DNA of 64,000 nt, taken from contig NC_052147.1 of NCBI RefSeq assembly GCF_902713615.1, positions 166,760,410 to 166,824,409 of the forward strand, written 5' to 3'. Position 1 is the first letter of the stretch, and each line of letters opens with the position of its first letter. The stretch comes from Scyliorhinus canicula (lineage: Eukaryota). The notes beneath the pieces were generated by a model. It had not been told where the DNA came from, ran no database searches, and saw nothing but the letters and a program-made list of their open reading frames with translations. Positions 48,918-62,100 of the stretch are shown in pieces. The translations under genes and the position numbers were made by a program.

Positions 48918-49729
48918 TACATTTTTGTTTTGAACTTGAAAATTATTTTTCGCACTTATTTTTTTGAACTCATCTGTTTGTCACCTTTGCTTTTCCTTGT
49001 ATCTTTCCCAGTCACCCGTATCATTGCTTTGATTCTAGTTTTGTACGTAATTTCATCATATTAATATTGTCACTTATCTCTTTATTTATCATTGGATTTC
49101 TTTTATTGACTTACAGATGAAAAGGAAAAAGTTGGAATCTTGGGGAATGTTGTGGAGGATTGTGCCTAATTGGATAACTCATTCAAAGAACACAGCAGGT
49201 GGAGTGGGATGAACCATGATCTCCATTTTGTGATTCAATAACTCTCGGTCACATTGCTGTTTCTGAGCTTGAGGATGTCACATCTGGGAAAGGAATTTGC
49301 CATTATGTCAAAATTATGTTCTGTTTCAGTCACCCAGAGCCTCTTTCCTCCTTCACTGATTCTTGTTTGGTTCAGAATCCAGCTCCTCGCTTCCCACTTT
49401 AGAACAAACATTCTAAAAATGACTTTGATCACTCTGTCACCTGACTTTCTACTGTTCTGTTTATTGTTCTAATGTGGCTTCAGGTAAACTGAACTTGTTA
49501 AAATATGAAACTGAGTCTGGACTGTAACAACAGCCCACAACATTGCTGAGTATGCACTGTAAGAAACAACACCCCTCAGCACTGCAGCCATAATATCATG
49601 CACCAGTAGATTCAGAAACAACTTCTTTCCCGCTGTTACCAGGCTCCTGAATGGCCCCCTTATGTACTGAACTGATCTTTCTAAATCTGTATTTGCTACA
49701 GTTGTAGCACTATGCTCCGTATAGTGAGT

Positions 49730-51430
49730 ATCACTGCAGTAATTCCTCAGGGTAGTGTCCTAGCCCCAACCATCTTCAGCTGCTTCATCAATGACCTCCC
49801 TTTCATTATAAGGGGCAGAATTCTCCGAACCCCCGCAGGGTCGGGGAATCGCCCGGGGCCTTCGTAAATCCCGCCCCCGCCGTGGCCGGTATTCTCCGCC
49901 ACCCGGGAATCGGCGGGGGCGGGAATCGCACCCCGCCAGTCGGCGGGCACCCCGTGGCGATTCTCCGGCCCGCGATTGGCCGAAGTTCCGCCGCTGTCAG
50001 TCCTCTCCCGCTGACGTGGTTTAAACCAACTCTGGTGCCGGAGGGAGCAGGCGGTGCGAGCGGGCCCCGGGGTCCTGGGGGGGGGGGGGGGCGCGGGTGA
50101 TCGGACCCCGGCGGGGTGCACCCACGGTGGCCTGGCCCGCGATCGGAGCTCTCCGATTGGCGGGCGGGCCTGTGCTGTGGGGGAACTCTTTTTCTTCCAC
50201 CGCCGCCACGGCCTCCACCATGGCGGAGACGGTAGAGACCCCCTCCACCGCGCATGCGCCGGTGGTGACGTCAGCGGCCACAGATGCTCCGGCGCATGCG
50301 CGGACTCACGCTGAACGGTGAAGGCCGAACGGTGAAGGCCTTTTGGCCAGCCCTAACGCTGTGGCGCCAAAGACCGTTGGCTCCAGTCGGCGGAGCGGGA
50401 GCCAATCCGGCGTGGGCCTAGCCCCTAAAGGTGCAGAGAATTCCGCACCTTTGGGGAGGCCCGATGCCGGAGTGGTTCTCGCCACTACGGTACTCCGGTA
50501 CGCCGGGACCCCCCGCCCCACCGGGTGGTGGATAATCCCGGCCAAGGTGAGAAGTGGGGATGTTTGCGGATCACTGCACAATGTTCAGCACCATTCGAGA
50601 CGCCTCTGATAACGAAGCAGGCCATGTTCAAGTGCAGCAAGACCTGGATAATATGCAGGTTTGGGTTAACAAGTCAAGTGGCAAGTTACATTCGCACCAC
50701 ACAAGTGCCAGGCAATGAACATCTACTACAAAAGAGGATATAACCATCACCCCATAACATTCAATGCCATTACCATCGCTGCATCCCCCTCAATCAACAT
50801 CCTGGGGGTTACCATTGATCAGAAACTGAACTGGACTAGCCATATGAATACTGTGGCAACCAGAGCAGATCAAAGGCTAGGAATCCTACGGCGGACAACT
50901 TGCCTACTGAACCCCCCTCCCCAAAGCCTGTCCACCATCTACAAGGCACAAGTCAGGAGTGTGATGGAATATTCTCCAATTGCCTGGGTGAGTGAAGATC
51001 CAGCATAACGCAAGAAGCTCAACACCATCCAGGACAAAGCAGCCCGCTTGATTGCTCCCCCTTCCACCACAGCCAAACCCTCCACCACAGACTAACAGTG
51101 GCAGCCCTGTGAACCATCTTCAAGATGCACTGCAATAACTCACTGGGGTTCCTTAAAGAGCAACTTCGAAACCCACGACTAATACTATCTAGAAGGACAA
51201 GAGCAGCAGATACCTGGGAACACCACCACCTGGAAGTTCCCCTTCAAGTAACTCACCACCTGACTTGGAATTCCTTCACTTTCGCTGGGGCAAAATCCTG
51301 GAGCTCCCTCCCGAACAACACAGTGGGTGTACCGCAGCGGTTCAAGAAGGCAACTCCCCACCAGCAACTAAGGATGGGCAATAAATGCTGGCCTAACCAG
51401 CGATTCCCACATCCCATAGATGAATAAAAA
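49730..51430 (+). mobile_element. Non-LTR retrotransposon 3' portion (RT C-terminus), split by a MITE
   Basis: PQGSVLAPTIFSCFINDL and ILGVTIDQKLNW...LSTIYKAQVRSVMEYSP. Ends GAATAAAAAAA. Confidence 0.8.
49813..50543. mobile_element. Harbinger-type MITE (731 bp)
   Basis: TIRs GGGCAGAATTCTCC / GGATAATCCCGGCC and TSD AAG at 49810-49812 and 50544-50546. Empty site ATATAAGGTCAGA at 24838. CpG-rich. Confidence 0.88.
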
Positions 51431-51496
51431 AATTGCATCACCCGATGTCTGTGTTTATGTATTTACATCATGCATTTATCGTATGTTTTATGTTTT

Positions 51497-51723
51497 AATT
51501 AAAAAAAATAAATTTAGAGTACCCAATTAATTTTTTCCAATTAAGGGGCAATTTCACGTGGTCAAACCACCTATCCTGCATATCTTTGGGTTGTGGGGTT
51601 AAAACCACGCCATCACGGGGAGAATGTGCAAACTCCACACAGACAGTGACCCAGGACCGGGATCGAATCTGGAACCTCGGCACCGTGAGACATCTGTGCT
51701 AATTCCTGCGCCAACGTGATGCC
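51497..51723 (-). mobile_element. Short V-SINE
   Basis: Same family as above. TGTTTTATGTTTT / TGTTCTATGTTTT duplication. Absent from the paralogous site near 25305. Confidence 0.85.
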
Positions 51724-52234
51724 TGTTCTATGTTTTCATGTATGGAGCGATGTGCCTGGACTGTACTCAGAACAATACTTTTCACTGTACCTCTATACAC
51801 GTGGCAATAAATCTAAATCTAATGTAAATCTAATTGCCATACAATTAAAATGTATTGCTGAAGGTTCTATCGCCTTTGGAATACAATCTGGAAGCAAAAC
51901 ACACAGGCATTTATGTATCAGCCATTATGTCGAGTGCTGATAATAAGTGCTGGAAATAAAGCACATTATTCTGAAAATGTACATCTGCATTGTAATCGGT
52001 TTTGCAGTCAGCTTCAGCACTTACGCTGAACTGTTGGAAACATACCTGTTGAATGTGTAATGCCAATTCTTCAGTAATGTCCATGAAAGCACTGTACAGT
52101 ATCGGAAACACAATGATTCCAATGCATTGTTGCCTTCTTCACACAATTAAAATGCGACAGAGGCAAAACACATTCAGTGATACTCAGGTGCGTTAAATGG
52201 TTCTATTTAGTGTATGTGACATGTGTTTTGCTGC

Positions 52235-52315
52235 TTTTGTGCTGAGTTGAAACCATTGCAATCATTAAAATAACAAAAGTACAGCCCAGGGAGGCAATTC
52301 TGTCCAACATATAAA
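52235..52315 (+). promoter_or_regulatory. Crystallin gene 3 proximal promoter
   Basis: TATAAA at 52310-52315, with TTTTGTGCTGAG and AACAAAAG conserved. Confidence 0.65.
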
Positions 52316-52376
52316 TACCAAACTGTGTGAAGTGGTGAAACATAGTCAGTTACTCAGCTCAAACTCTGAGCTCAAA

Positions 52377-53276
52377 ATGGGGAAGGCAAGGATCAATCAG
52401 AGTTTATAAATTGAATTGGAATTCTTCATAGCCTAATGTGACACGTTATTAATTTAAAAACCTGTGACTTTTTCCACAGATTATCTTTTACGAGGACAGG
52501 AACTTCCAGGGTCGGCACTATGAGTGCAGCAGTGACTGTGCTGACCTGTCCTCTTACTTCAGCCGCTGTAACTCCATCCGTGTTGAGAGTGACTGGTGGG
52601 TGGCCTATGAGAAACCCAATTACATGGGATACCAGTATGTTCTGAGCAGGGGAGAATATCCTGACTACCAGCGCTGGATGGGATTCAATGACAACATCAG
52701 ATCATGCCGCACCTACCCATATGTAAGTTTCTTTTGGTGATTTTTATTTTCTGTCCAATTTTTAAGCCTAAGAAAATGATCAGTGTGCTCAACATTTGAT
52801 AGGAGCTACTTCTTTGTAACAAGATTCAAAGATAATCAACCTATTGAATCAATGTTAATAAACTATCTCAGCTTTGCTCTCATTGTTGATGCATCATCTG
52901 GGCTCCGTTAAATCCTTCTTTCATAATGTTTCTCTTTTTCTATGTATAACAAATGTATATTTATTATTTAATCATTAATCTAATCTTATTTTTATTACAG
53001 AACCGAGGTGGAAACTACAAGATGAGGATTTACGAGAGGCCTGACTTTGGAGGACAGATGATGGAATTCATGGATGACTGTCCATCTGTCTACGATCGTT
53101 TCCGTTACCGTGACATCCACTCCAGCCATGTGATGGACGGTTACTGGACCTTCTATGAACATCCCAACTACAGAGGCCGACAGTACTTCATGAGACCCGG
53201 TGAATACAGGAGATACAGTGACTGGGGCGGCTACAACTCAACTATCGGATCTTTCAGACGCATGAGGGATTTCTAG
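52377..53276 (+). CDS. Gamma-crystallin, copy 3 (175 aa); exons 52377-52385, 52480-52722, 53001-53276
   Basis: Same exon sizes, no stops. GC-AG intron 1 (94 nt) and GT-AG intron 2 (278 nt). AATAAA at 53326. Confidence 0.96.
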
Positions 53277-56200
53277 TTTTTCATTGTAATGTATGATTTA
53301 ACTTTATTGAATGAGCTGTCAACATAATAAATACTCTCCATTACACTGTCACCTTGTTTAAAACAGTTATTTTTAGTTCTTGGCAGAAACTGTTCAAAGT
53401 AGTACAACGTATCCAGTGGGCAGAGCAAATGTGTGGACTGATCCTCCAGAAAAACTGGGCCAGTGCCAATCATCTGCTGATCTTACTATAGTTTGTGCAG
53501 TCAACAGGAGATTATCTAATTTCTCTGGGCACTTCAGGCACATTTCTGCGAGACATAGTGCTCTGTTTGGGGGATGGGGCGGTGGGGAGTGGGTTTCAGA
53601 ATTTGATGGGAGGCAGGTGGACCTGATGCCAGGAGAGAGGTGGTAACGGATCTTTGCAGCTCGGTGGATCTCGTTGGCCTTCTTCTGACATTAGAAGGAG
53701 AATGTCCTGCTGTCCTGCTGCCTGAACTAACAGCAGCTCGCACTGCCCCCCAGGCAGCATTGGTGACCCAGCCACTGATCCTCCAACCTCCTCGGAAGAA
53801 CAGAATGTCAAGCCTCTCATTCACAGCATTGAGAAGCTTGGTCCGGACGACATCGCCAAAGCCACGAGCAAGTCAGCGTGCTGCCATGCTTGTATGTTGA
53901 CTGGAGTGAGTGGTGAGGAAACACTTAAAAACAGCTCACCCTTGTTAGTGACAAGGAGCTGAGGCAGAAAATATAACTGGTTAACCATTAGCTAGTTCCT
54001 GAATTCCCATTTTAACTTGCCCCCACCCTCTACACTGACACACAAGACAGACATACACAGAGGGGTGGAACGGGGTGAAAATCAGAAGTGAATGGAAAAT
54101 GGTCTTTGTTTAGGATGATGGGTTACACTCACATTTCCTCACAGTAAACCTGCAGATTAACATCTTTGGTTTGCAGCCTGTAATGGTCTTTTCAGTAGAT
54201 CCATTCATTCAGGTTCTCTGTGGTTTAGAAATGCAGCACTCACAACTTTCCTGGGGAAGCACCTTACATCCATTCAAACATTGCTTTCAAATTGTGGTTT
54301 GTACTCAGGCCTCTAGTTTCAGCAATTCACTCCCCCTTCCTCCCCCACAGGATTTCTGGACAGAGAAATAATGCTACAGAAGTGCTTTGGAGTTAGCTAG
54401 CTGGATCTTTTCTCTGTGCTGCCAAATTCAAAACTGAAATCTTGGCATTGGGACTCTGAACTGCATACCAGTAGGATAATATCCAATCACCACCTGTAAC
54501 CATGCAGAGCACAGCCCTTTAGAGCAATTCATTGGCCACCAGCAAAGCAATCAAAACGAATCCTAACCCACATCTCTCACTGGTGCCTAAATGTCTGCAG
54601 CTCCAGTTGAACCAAGCAAATGATCTCTCCTTAAACCTCTAGATTCTTCTACTGAACTAAAGACACATGTTGCTTGCCTTAAAGATAAATGTCCATTAAT
54701 CTTCTGTCAAAATATGAACGGCAAAATGAAAGAAAGAGGGAATAAAGGGAATAAGCATGAAGGTTCCTTACCACCACAATTGGAACCCAAAAAGTGGAAG
54801 TGAAGTGACTAAGATGTAAATGATTTAAAACTTCCACTCCAGGTGATGGGCTGTCAGTGTCTTTGAAATGATGGCATTCATGTGATTTCTTCCACTCCTC
54901 TACACCTCTGTCGTAAACCATCCTCATTACATCAAAATATTTATTTTCTTGGCTTCCTAAACATAAACAAAAACATTGCCCGAATACTTGCTGAATCTTT
55001 TATCACATATGTCTGTGAGATAGGTTGCAGAGTGTCCGTTTCACTGGTACATACAAACAATGTACATTTATATTTTATATCTCTCGGAATTACTTTTTCA
55101 ACAATTGCATTGTGGTTGTTACATAATGTTATCTGGCAAGACTGAATTGTTTCAAAATGTGGACAGCAACATGCTGATGTCTTGCTGATAAAAAGAGATC
55201 CAATTAATATTCTCTACAATGATCAGTGACAGTTATGGAAGGAAGAATTTATTCTCATTCAGGTGAGACGTGACTGGACAATCTTCTTACTTAACTGCAT
55301 TACCTCAGCATTTATAGATTGACTATAGCACAATTTAGATAGAGAATGAAGCTCCTTCCTCTGATACACTTGTCGCATTTTCAACCAGCTTTTCTTTGGC
55401 CTCTTAATTTGTGCCAAATTTCAGGCCCTCTGAGTGCAGGTGGAGGTACTGAAGGAGAATCAAGAAAGTGTTAGAAACTATTTTATGAGATTGGTATTTG
55501 CAGCTGTTCTAATTCACCTTGCAGTTCTCTCACTATTCTCTTTCTCTAAAAACTATTTCCCTGTTCTCACGGATAAATGCATAGAGAATGGCTCAACTGC
55601 CTTTGAGTTTAACACTGCAGGTGCGCCTGGACAAAAGCTGAGTCCGTGAACACAGTACAGCACAGTGAAGCATGTTATCACTCTGATACATATTATTGTT
55701 TTGCCATGAGTTTATTGACTAGTGGCACAGGCTGAGTGGGCCAAATAGACAACCCCTATTCCTTATAACATGGCTGGCATTGAGATGGCTGGCACTCAGG
55801 ACTTCAGCAGAATAACAACATTGGGATTACTGCCAGGATATTGAGCTTAACCCTGCATGGTTCATTCCCTATGCCTCTGAGGGAGTTTAAGAGTTTTGGA
55901 TCAAGTAGGTAAACTCATCAGAGTCCCAGGTGACCATAGGCCACTTTCCCCTTTGAGGGGGAGAGCAGTCTGGTGGTGATTTAAGCTGAGAATCACCAAA
56001 CCTTAGGCAAGGGGCAAGGCAGAGAAGGTAACCTCTGGGTAACCTCAGAGGGTACTGGAATTGAACCCGTGCTGTTGGCCTCACTCTGCATCACAAACCA
56101 TCCGTCCAGCCAACTGAACTAAACCGACCCCAGTACATAAGAGAGTTGAGGTCAGATGTACACAAAGATATGTGCTGACACTCAATGGCACCCGGCATTA

Positions 56201-58601
56201 TGGAAAAGTCCAGAATCCTGAAAAAACCTTGCTCTCACTCAACCTGCTTATCTTTGGTTTGTCAGAAGGAGATGAATTTGTATAGAGAGCCTCATCATGC
56301 AAACTCTGAGGTGTTGCTTGCATATCCAGGAGCTCCATTAAATGAACCTATAACTCCAGCCATCTTGACAACCACAGACAATGTGATCCTTGACCTAACA
56401 GGAGGTTACAAAGGAAATCGGAGCAGAAGTTGGCCATTTAACCCCTCAAGCATGCACCGCCATTCATCCAGTCCATGGTTGATCCTCTATTTCAATGCTA
56501 TTTTCCTGTATTTTCCCCATATCTCTGATATCTTTAATATCTAGATATTATCAATCACTGTCTTGAACACATTCAATGACTGAGACTTCACAGCCCTCGG
56601 AAGTAGTAAATTCCAAAGAGTGAAAGAAATCATCTTAATCTCAATTCTAAATTGCCTACCATTTATTCTGCCTCCTCAATCTCCCTTCATCGGGCAATCC
56701 CATTAATCCAGAACTCATTCCAGAGAACCTCCACTGAACTTGTTTTGTGGCAAGTATGTCCTTCTATAGGTAAGGAGACCAACACTATAAATGCTGAAGA
56801 GCCATTTAAATTGACGGATCTGCCCTAAAAATGGCAATGTAGGACTCCATTGGTTCTCCAGCCAATTAGTGAGATCATGCTTATTTCCATTAAATTCAAC
56901 CCCGAATCAAACTCAAGCGGAGAATTGGGCGTCTGGCCGAAATCGAGGTTCGAGGTGAGTGGTGAACTGACTGCTATGCTCTGCCCTGCTGGTGGCAGAT
57001 TTCACGCCCACTATTGGATGCAAATGAGTCCTATTGACCCATTTTGAGCCGATATTTTGAGTAGGTGGCCCGACAGCGGAATTTCCTGAGGAATGCCTCG
57101 TATTCCTCGGTATCCATAAATCTGCATGGTGAGGGATACCAAAATGCTTCCTGATTTTGGAGCACAAATCAGTTCCAATTCACCTCCGGTGAGAGAACAT
57201 GGTGCTGGTTTCTCCGTGCTACCGCACCAGTTTTTTGGTCAATGGTATTTCCCATTGTGGGCAGCCCCACACCGTCATGAAATCCCTGGGCGTGGGTGCG
57301 CTGCAGGTGCAACGGAGAATCCCGATAGCAGAGAATCCAGCCCATAGTCTCACAAACGGAAAATGCCGGCCACTGTAAAGGATGTTGAGGGAAGTAATGG
57401 TGGAAATTGCAATGGTACTGGCCATATTCTTCCATTCTTCCTTAGATATGGGAATGGTGTCAGAAGTCTGGAGAATTCCAAACACTACATCCTTATCAAA
57501 TAAAGGATGAAAACTCAACAACTACAGGCTAGTCAGTTTACTCTCAACAGTGCACAAACGTTTATAAACAATAATCTGGGACAAACTTCACGTGACTTGG
57601 AGAAATATGGATTACTTAATGAAAGACACTCAAACTTTGTTCAAAGCAAATTGGGTTCGTGTATCTTGATGGCCGCTCATCAGTGCGCATCCCTGAGCCC
57701 AGAGAGAAACATTGCATCCTCCTGAGTTTTAAAAGATTCACAATACCTTAAGTTAAATTATTTCTCCTCATCTATGACTAAAATCGTCACACTGTAATTT
57801 GCAGACTATATCCTCAGGCTGTAAACCACCCATCTAAGGAAAACTTACATTCTGCATCTAGACTGTAGAGTCCCGAGAAAATAATGCCTGTTTCAATGAG
57901 GTAATTGCTCATTCTTCGCTACTCTAGACTACAGAATATATGCCCAGGTTTACTTCTCGCATTAAGGTAATAGAAAATGGTGGGTCGTGAATGTTGGCTA
58001 GCCTGGGTCGCAAAGGTCCGTCGGCATGGGATGCGAAGGTCGGTCAGCGTGGGTAATGAAAGTTGGCCGGCATGGGTCCGAAGGATGGCCGATTGGTAAA
58101 AATGGATCCCGTGCAAAAATGTTTGAAAAACACTGGCCCAGAAGGATTTCTCAAGGGTGATTGATAAACTGCCGCATGTTAAGCTGCCAGTAAAATTGAC
58201 ACTCATGGAATCATTGGGAAAGTGGCCACATTGATTGAGTGACAGGAAACAGAGTAATTGTGAATGTTTTTTTATTCCTACTAGCTGAAGGTATTCTCGA
58301 AAAATATTGTGAGGGCCAATTGTGATGTTGAAAGTTTTGATCGGGGAGAGGGGAAAGAGTTGTGAGAAGGGGTGAGTGACAAAAGCGGGGAGCGATGGTT
58401 TTCCCCACAATTATGTTGCAAACCCTGATGGCCGTTTTCGCCAGTGGAATCTTCTGATCCTGTTGCCCATCCCCAATTGCAATGGCCTTGCCTACTTCTT
58501 TTAAATCCTAGCCCTGAGGATTTGTCAGGCTTTAGTATCATCATTTTTTTCATGACTATTATTTTGCTTCAGTTAATTTGAGCGAGTCCTTGCAATTGGT
58601 T

Positions 58602-58924
58602 CATAGAACATAGAACATACAGTGCAGAAGGAGGCAATTTGGCCCACTGAGTCTGCACCGACCCACTTAAGCCCTCACCCACCCTATCCCGGTAACCCAC
58701 TAATCCTTCCTAACCTTTTTTGGTCACTAAGGGCAATTTATCATGACCAATCCACCTAACCTGCGCGTCTTTCGGCTGTGGGAGGAAACCAGAGCAGCCG
58801 GAGGAAACCCACGCAGACACGGGGAGAACGTGCAGACTCTGCACAGTGACCAGGCAGGGAATCGAACCTGGGACCCTGGCGCTGTGAAGCCACCGTGCTA
58901 ATCACTTGAGCTACCTTGTCGCCT
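58602..58924 (-). mobile_element. HE1-like V-SINE with CR1-type tail
   Basis: tRNA head, V core and a tail ending TATGTTCTATGTTCTATG. Absent from the paralogous sites near 8135 and 35232. Confidence 0.85.
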
Positions 58925-59192
58925 CAATATTATTTCCTTGAGATATCTGGCATGTTGACCTCTTCCTCTTCTGTAAAAGCGTCAATATTTAGTTGCCACC
59001 TGTTCCTTATTATCATTGACAACATCAGTAATCAGTTTTCAAGGAGTTCACGATGCTCTTGAACAATATAATTTCCCCTAAAATCAATATCGCCTTTTTG
59101 TTTTGAACTCTCTATCCTTTGCAAATTATTTTTCAGAATTATTTTTTTGTAGCTTATCTGTATTGTCACATTTACTTTTCCTTGTATCTTTC

Positions 59193-62100
59193 TGTAGTGA
59201 TCTGCATTTCTGTATGTATATAAGGGGTTAATGTTTTGAAGAAACAGCTAAGTAATCACTAGATGGCAGCACTAGAGATGGTTATAAAAGACAGACTCAA
59301 ACCGAGTTCCCACCTCTTTGTGGATGTAGTGACGAGTAACCAGAGGTAGACCAAGATAGCTCAGAGTGCAGGTGTTGTTAATCATAGTTAATATATATCT
59401 AATCTTGTTTATTTAATCTCTAGTTTAGTTGTTGAAGAGAGAACAAACTCAGTATATTTGTTAGCGCTACTTTATAAATAATTTGCTTGAACTGGAAGAG
59501 TTCGAGTGTTAATGAACATCGAAGCCAGGATCATCCTGGTAAGAAGCAAATGAATAACATATATTACACACGGTAATATAACATGGTACCAGGTTATTGA
59601 CTTCAAGAAAATTTACTAGATTAGATTGGAATCAGCAAGAGAAAAAAAATTGTATGGACTATTGGAATGGGAAGGCTTCGCAGCATTCAGGTCCCTCAAA
59701 GACAAATCATCTCGACGGACCACGTTCAAGCTCCATGTCAACTGAAAACTACCGGTAATCTAAACTCAAATTGGAAACTATCCAAACAGCAATTCCAAAT
59801 CTATCTAGAAGCACATGATTTGACCACTGCTACTGAGGCTAGGAAAATAGCCCTGCATTTGTCCACGGCAGGACAGCAGGCTACAGAAATATATAACTCT
59901 TTCATTTACTCGAAAGGGGTTGGAAAAAAGCAAATTTAATTTGATAATCGCCAAATTTGACGACCATTGCAAAACACAGACAAATGAAATCTTTGAGAGA
60001 CATTTTAACAAACATTTGCAAAAACATGAGGAATTGTTCACCAGCTTTGTTACTGATTTAAAATTACTAGCACAAACTTGTAACTCCGCAGATTGCATGA
60101 GCCGCTGATCCGGGATCAGATAGTGTATGGAATATGCGATGAGAGTCTAAGGGAAGCATTGTTATGTCAGCAAGATTTAACGCTGAAAATTGCAATATAA
60201 AAGTGTTTATTTCCTGAACAGAGTAAAAATCAATATCTTGAATTTTATCAGCGTGAAAAAGCTGCGAAAGACAACCACGAGGTCAAGAGTGTTAAAATGG
60301 TGTCGCAGGCAGTAAAGAAGCACGTTTCGGATGGCAGCTAGCTTGCGCGCACACACTCCAACCCAGGACATACGCACTTCGCTCAAAAATGCGAGACTGA
60401 AGAAAAGAAGTCTGCGCATGTGCGAATGTATCTCATGCATCAGAGAGACAATGTCATCACGTGTTACCGACGTGGCAACGCCCACTTAAAAAGGAAATGT
60501 CCGGCTCATGGCAAAAAATGTTTAAAGTGTGGAAAACTCAATCACTATGCTTCACAATGCAGATCTACAGCGAAATATCAACCTCCGAAAGCAAACCAAA
60601 AGAACGTCAACGTTCGCAGTGTGGATTCATTGGAGCAGAACAAATCTGAACAAAATTATTCATCCGAAGAGGATAATCTTTCCTTAGAAAACACGTTTTT
60701 CATGGGAATAATTGAAAAGAGTGAAGAACCTCAAGCAATAACCAACCCTCCTCAACAGGTCAACATTGAATTGGATTGGATTGGATTTGTTTATTGTCAC
60801 GTGTACCAAGGTACAGTGAAAAGTATTTTTCTGCAAGCAGCTCAACAGATCATTCAGTACATTGAAGAAAAGGGAATTAAACAAAATTCAAGAAAATACA
60901 TGAGAATAGATAATAGGGCAACACAAGATATACAATATAACGACATAAGCATTGGTATCGGTTGAAGCATACAGGGTGTAGTGTTAATGAGGTCAGTCAA
61001 TAAGAGGGTCATTTAGGAGTCTGGTGACAGTGGGGAAGAAGCTGTGATCAACATGATCAACTCCAACAGTGAATGGACTTCAACAGTGCAAGTTAACAAT
61101 TTTCCAATATTGGCCAAGCTTGACACTGGGGCTTCAGCCAATCTACTGTCAAACACAGATCTCAATATGATTCCAGGAGAACATGAGATGCTACCTGCTG
61201 CATGTAGGCTGAAACACTACAATGGCAACCAGATCGCTTCAAGAGGATCGTGCCATCTTAAAGTCACAAACAAGAAGACACTACGATTTGAGATAGTGGA
61301 GAACGAGAAATTATCACTGTCAGGCGCTCAGACTTGTGGAGACTTGCGGCTTGTTCAATGAATCTATATGAATACTCAGGATACTTCACACGTGGAAGCT
61401 GAAATCCAGCAGATACTTCAAAAATACCCTGATATATTTAAAGGTATGGCTACTTTACCTTATCAGTACAAGGTTTTTCTGAAAAAAGACGTAAAACATG
61501 TAATTCATCTACCTGGATGGGTTCCTGCTCCTTTGCGAGAGAGGTTGAAACTCGAACTTGACTGACTACAATCACAAGGAATCATCTCTCGAGTCACACC
61601 ACTGACTGACTGGGTCAGCTCTCTAGTATGTGTCAAGAAATCATCTGGAGATCTTCGAAACTGCATAGATCCAAAGAATCTGAACAAAAATATTCGTAGG
61701 GAACCCATTATCCCATCCCTAAGTGTGAAGAGATCACATGTGACAAGCCAATGCTCGAACCTTCGCTGAACTCAAAACTTCTCAGGGAATCTGGAAGATG
61801 CAGCTTGACGACTCATACAGGTTATGTGCACTTCCAATACTCCATTTGGATGCTTCTGCTTTAACCGCATGTCCTTTGGGATAATATCTGCTTCAGAGAT
61901 TTTCCATAGGATAATGGAGCAGATGACAGAGGGTATCAATGGTGTAACAGTCTACGTCAAAGACATAATCATCTGATCCCACGACTGAAGAACACATTTG
62001 TCATTTGAACATGGTGTTTCAAAGAGTCCATAAGTTTGGATTGAAACTAAACCAATCAAAGTGTACATTTGCACAAGCATTGTTAAACTTCTTGGGAGGT

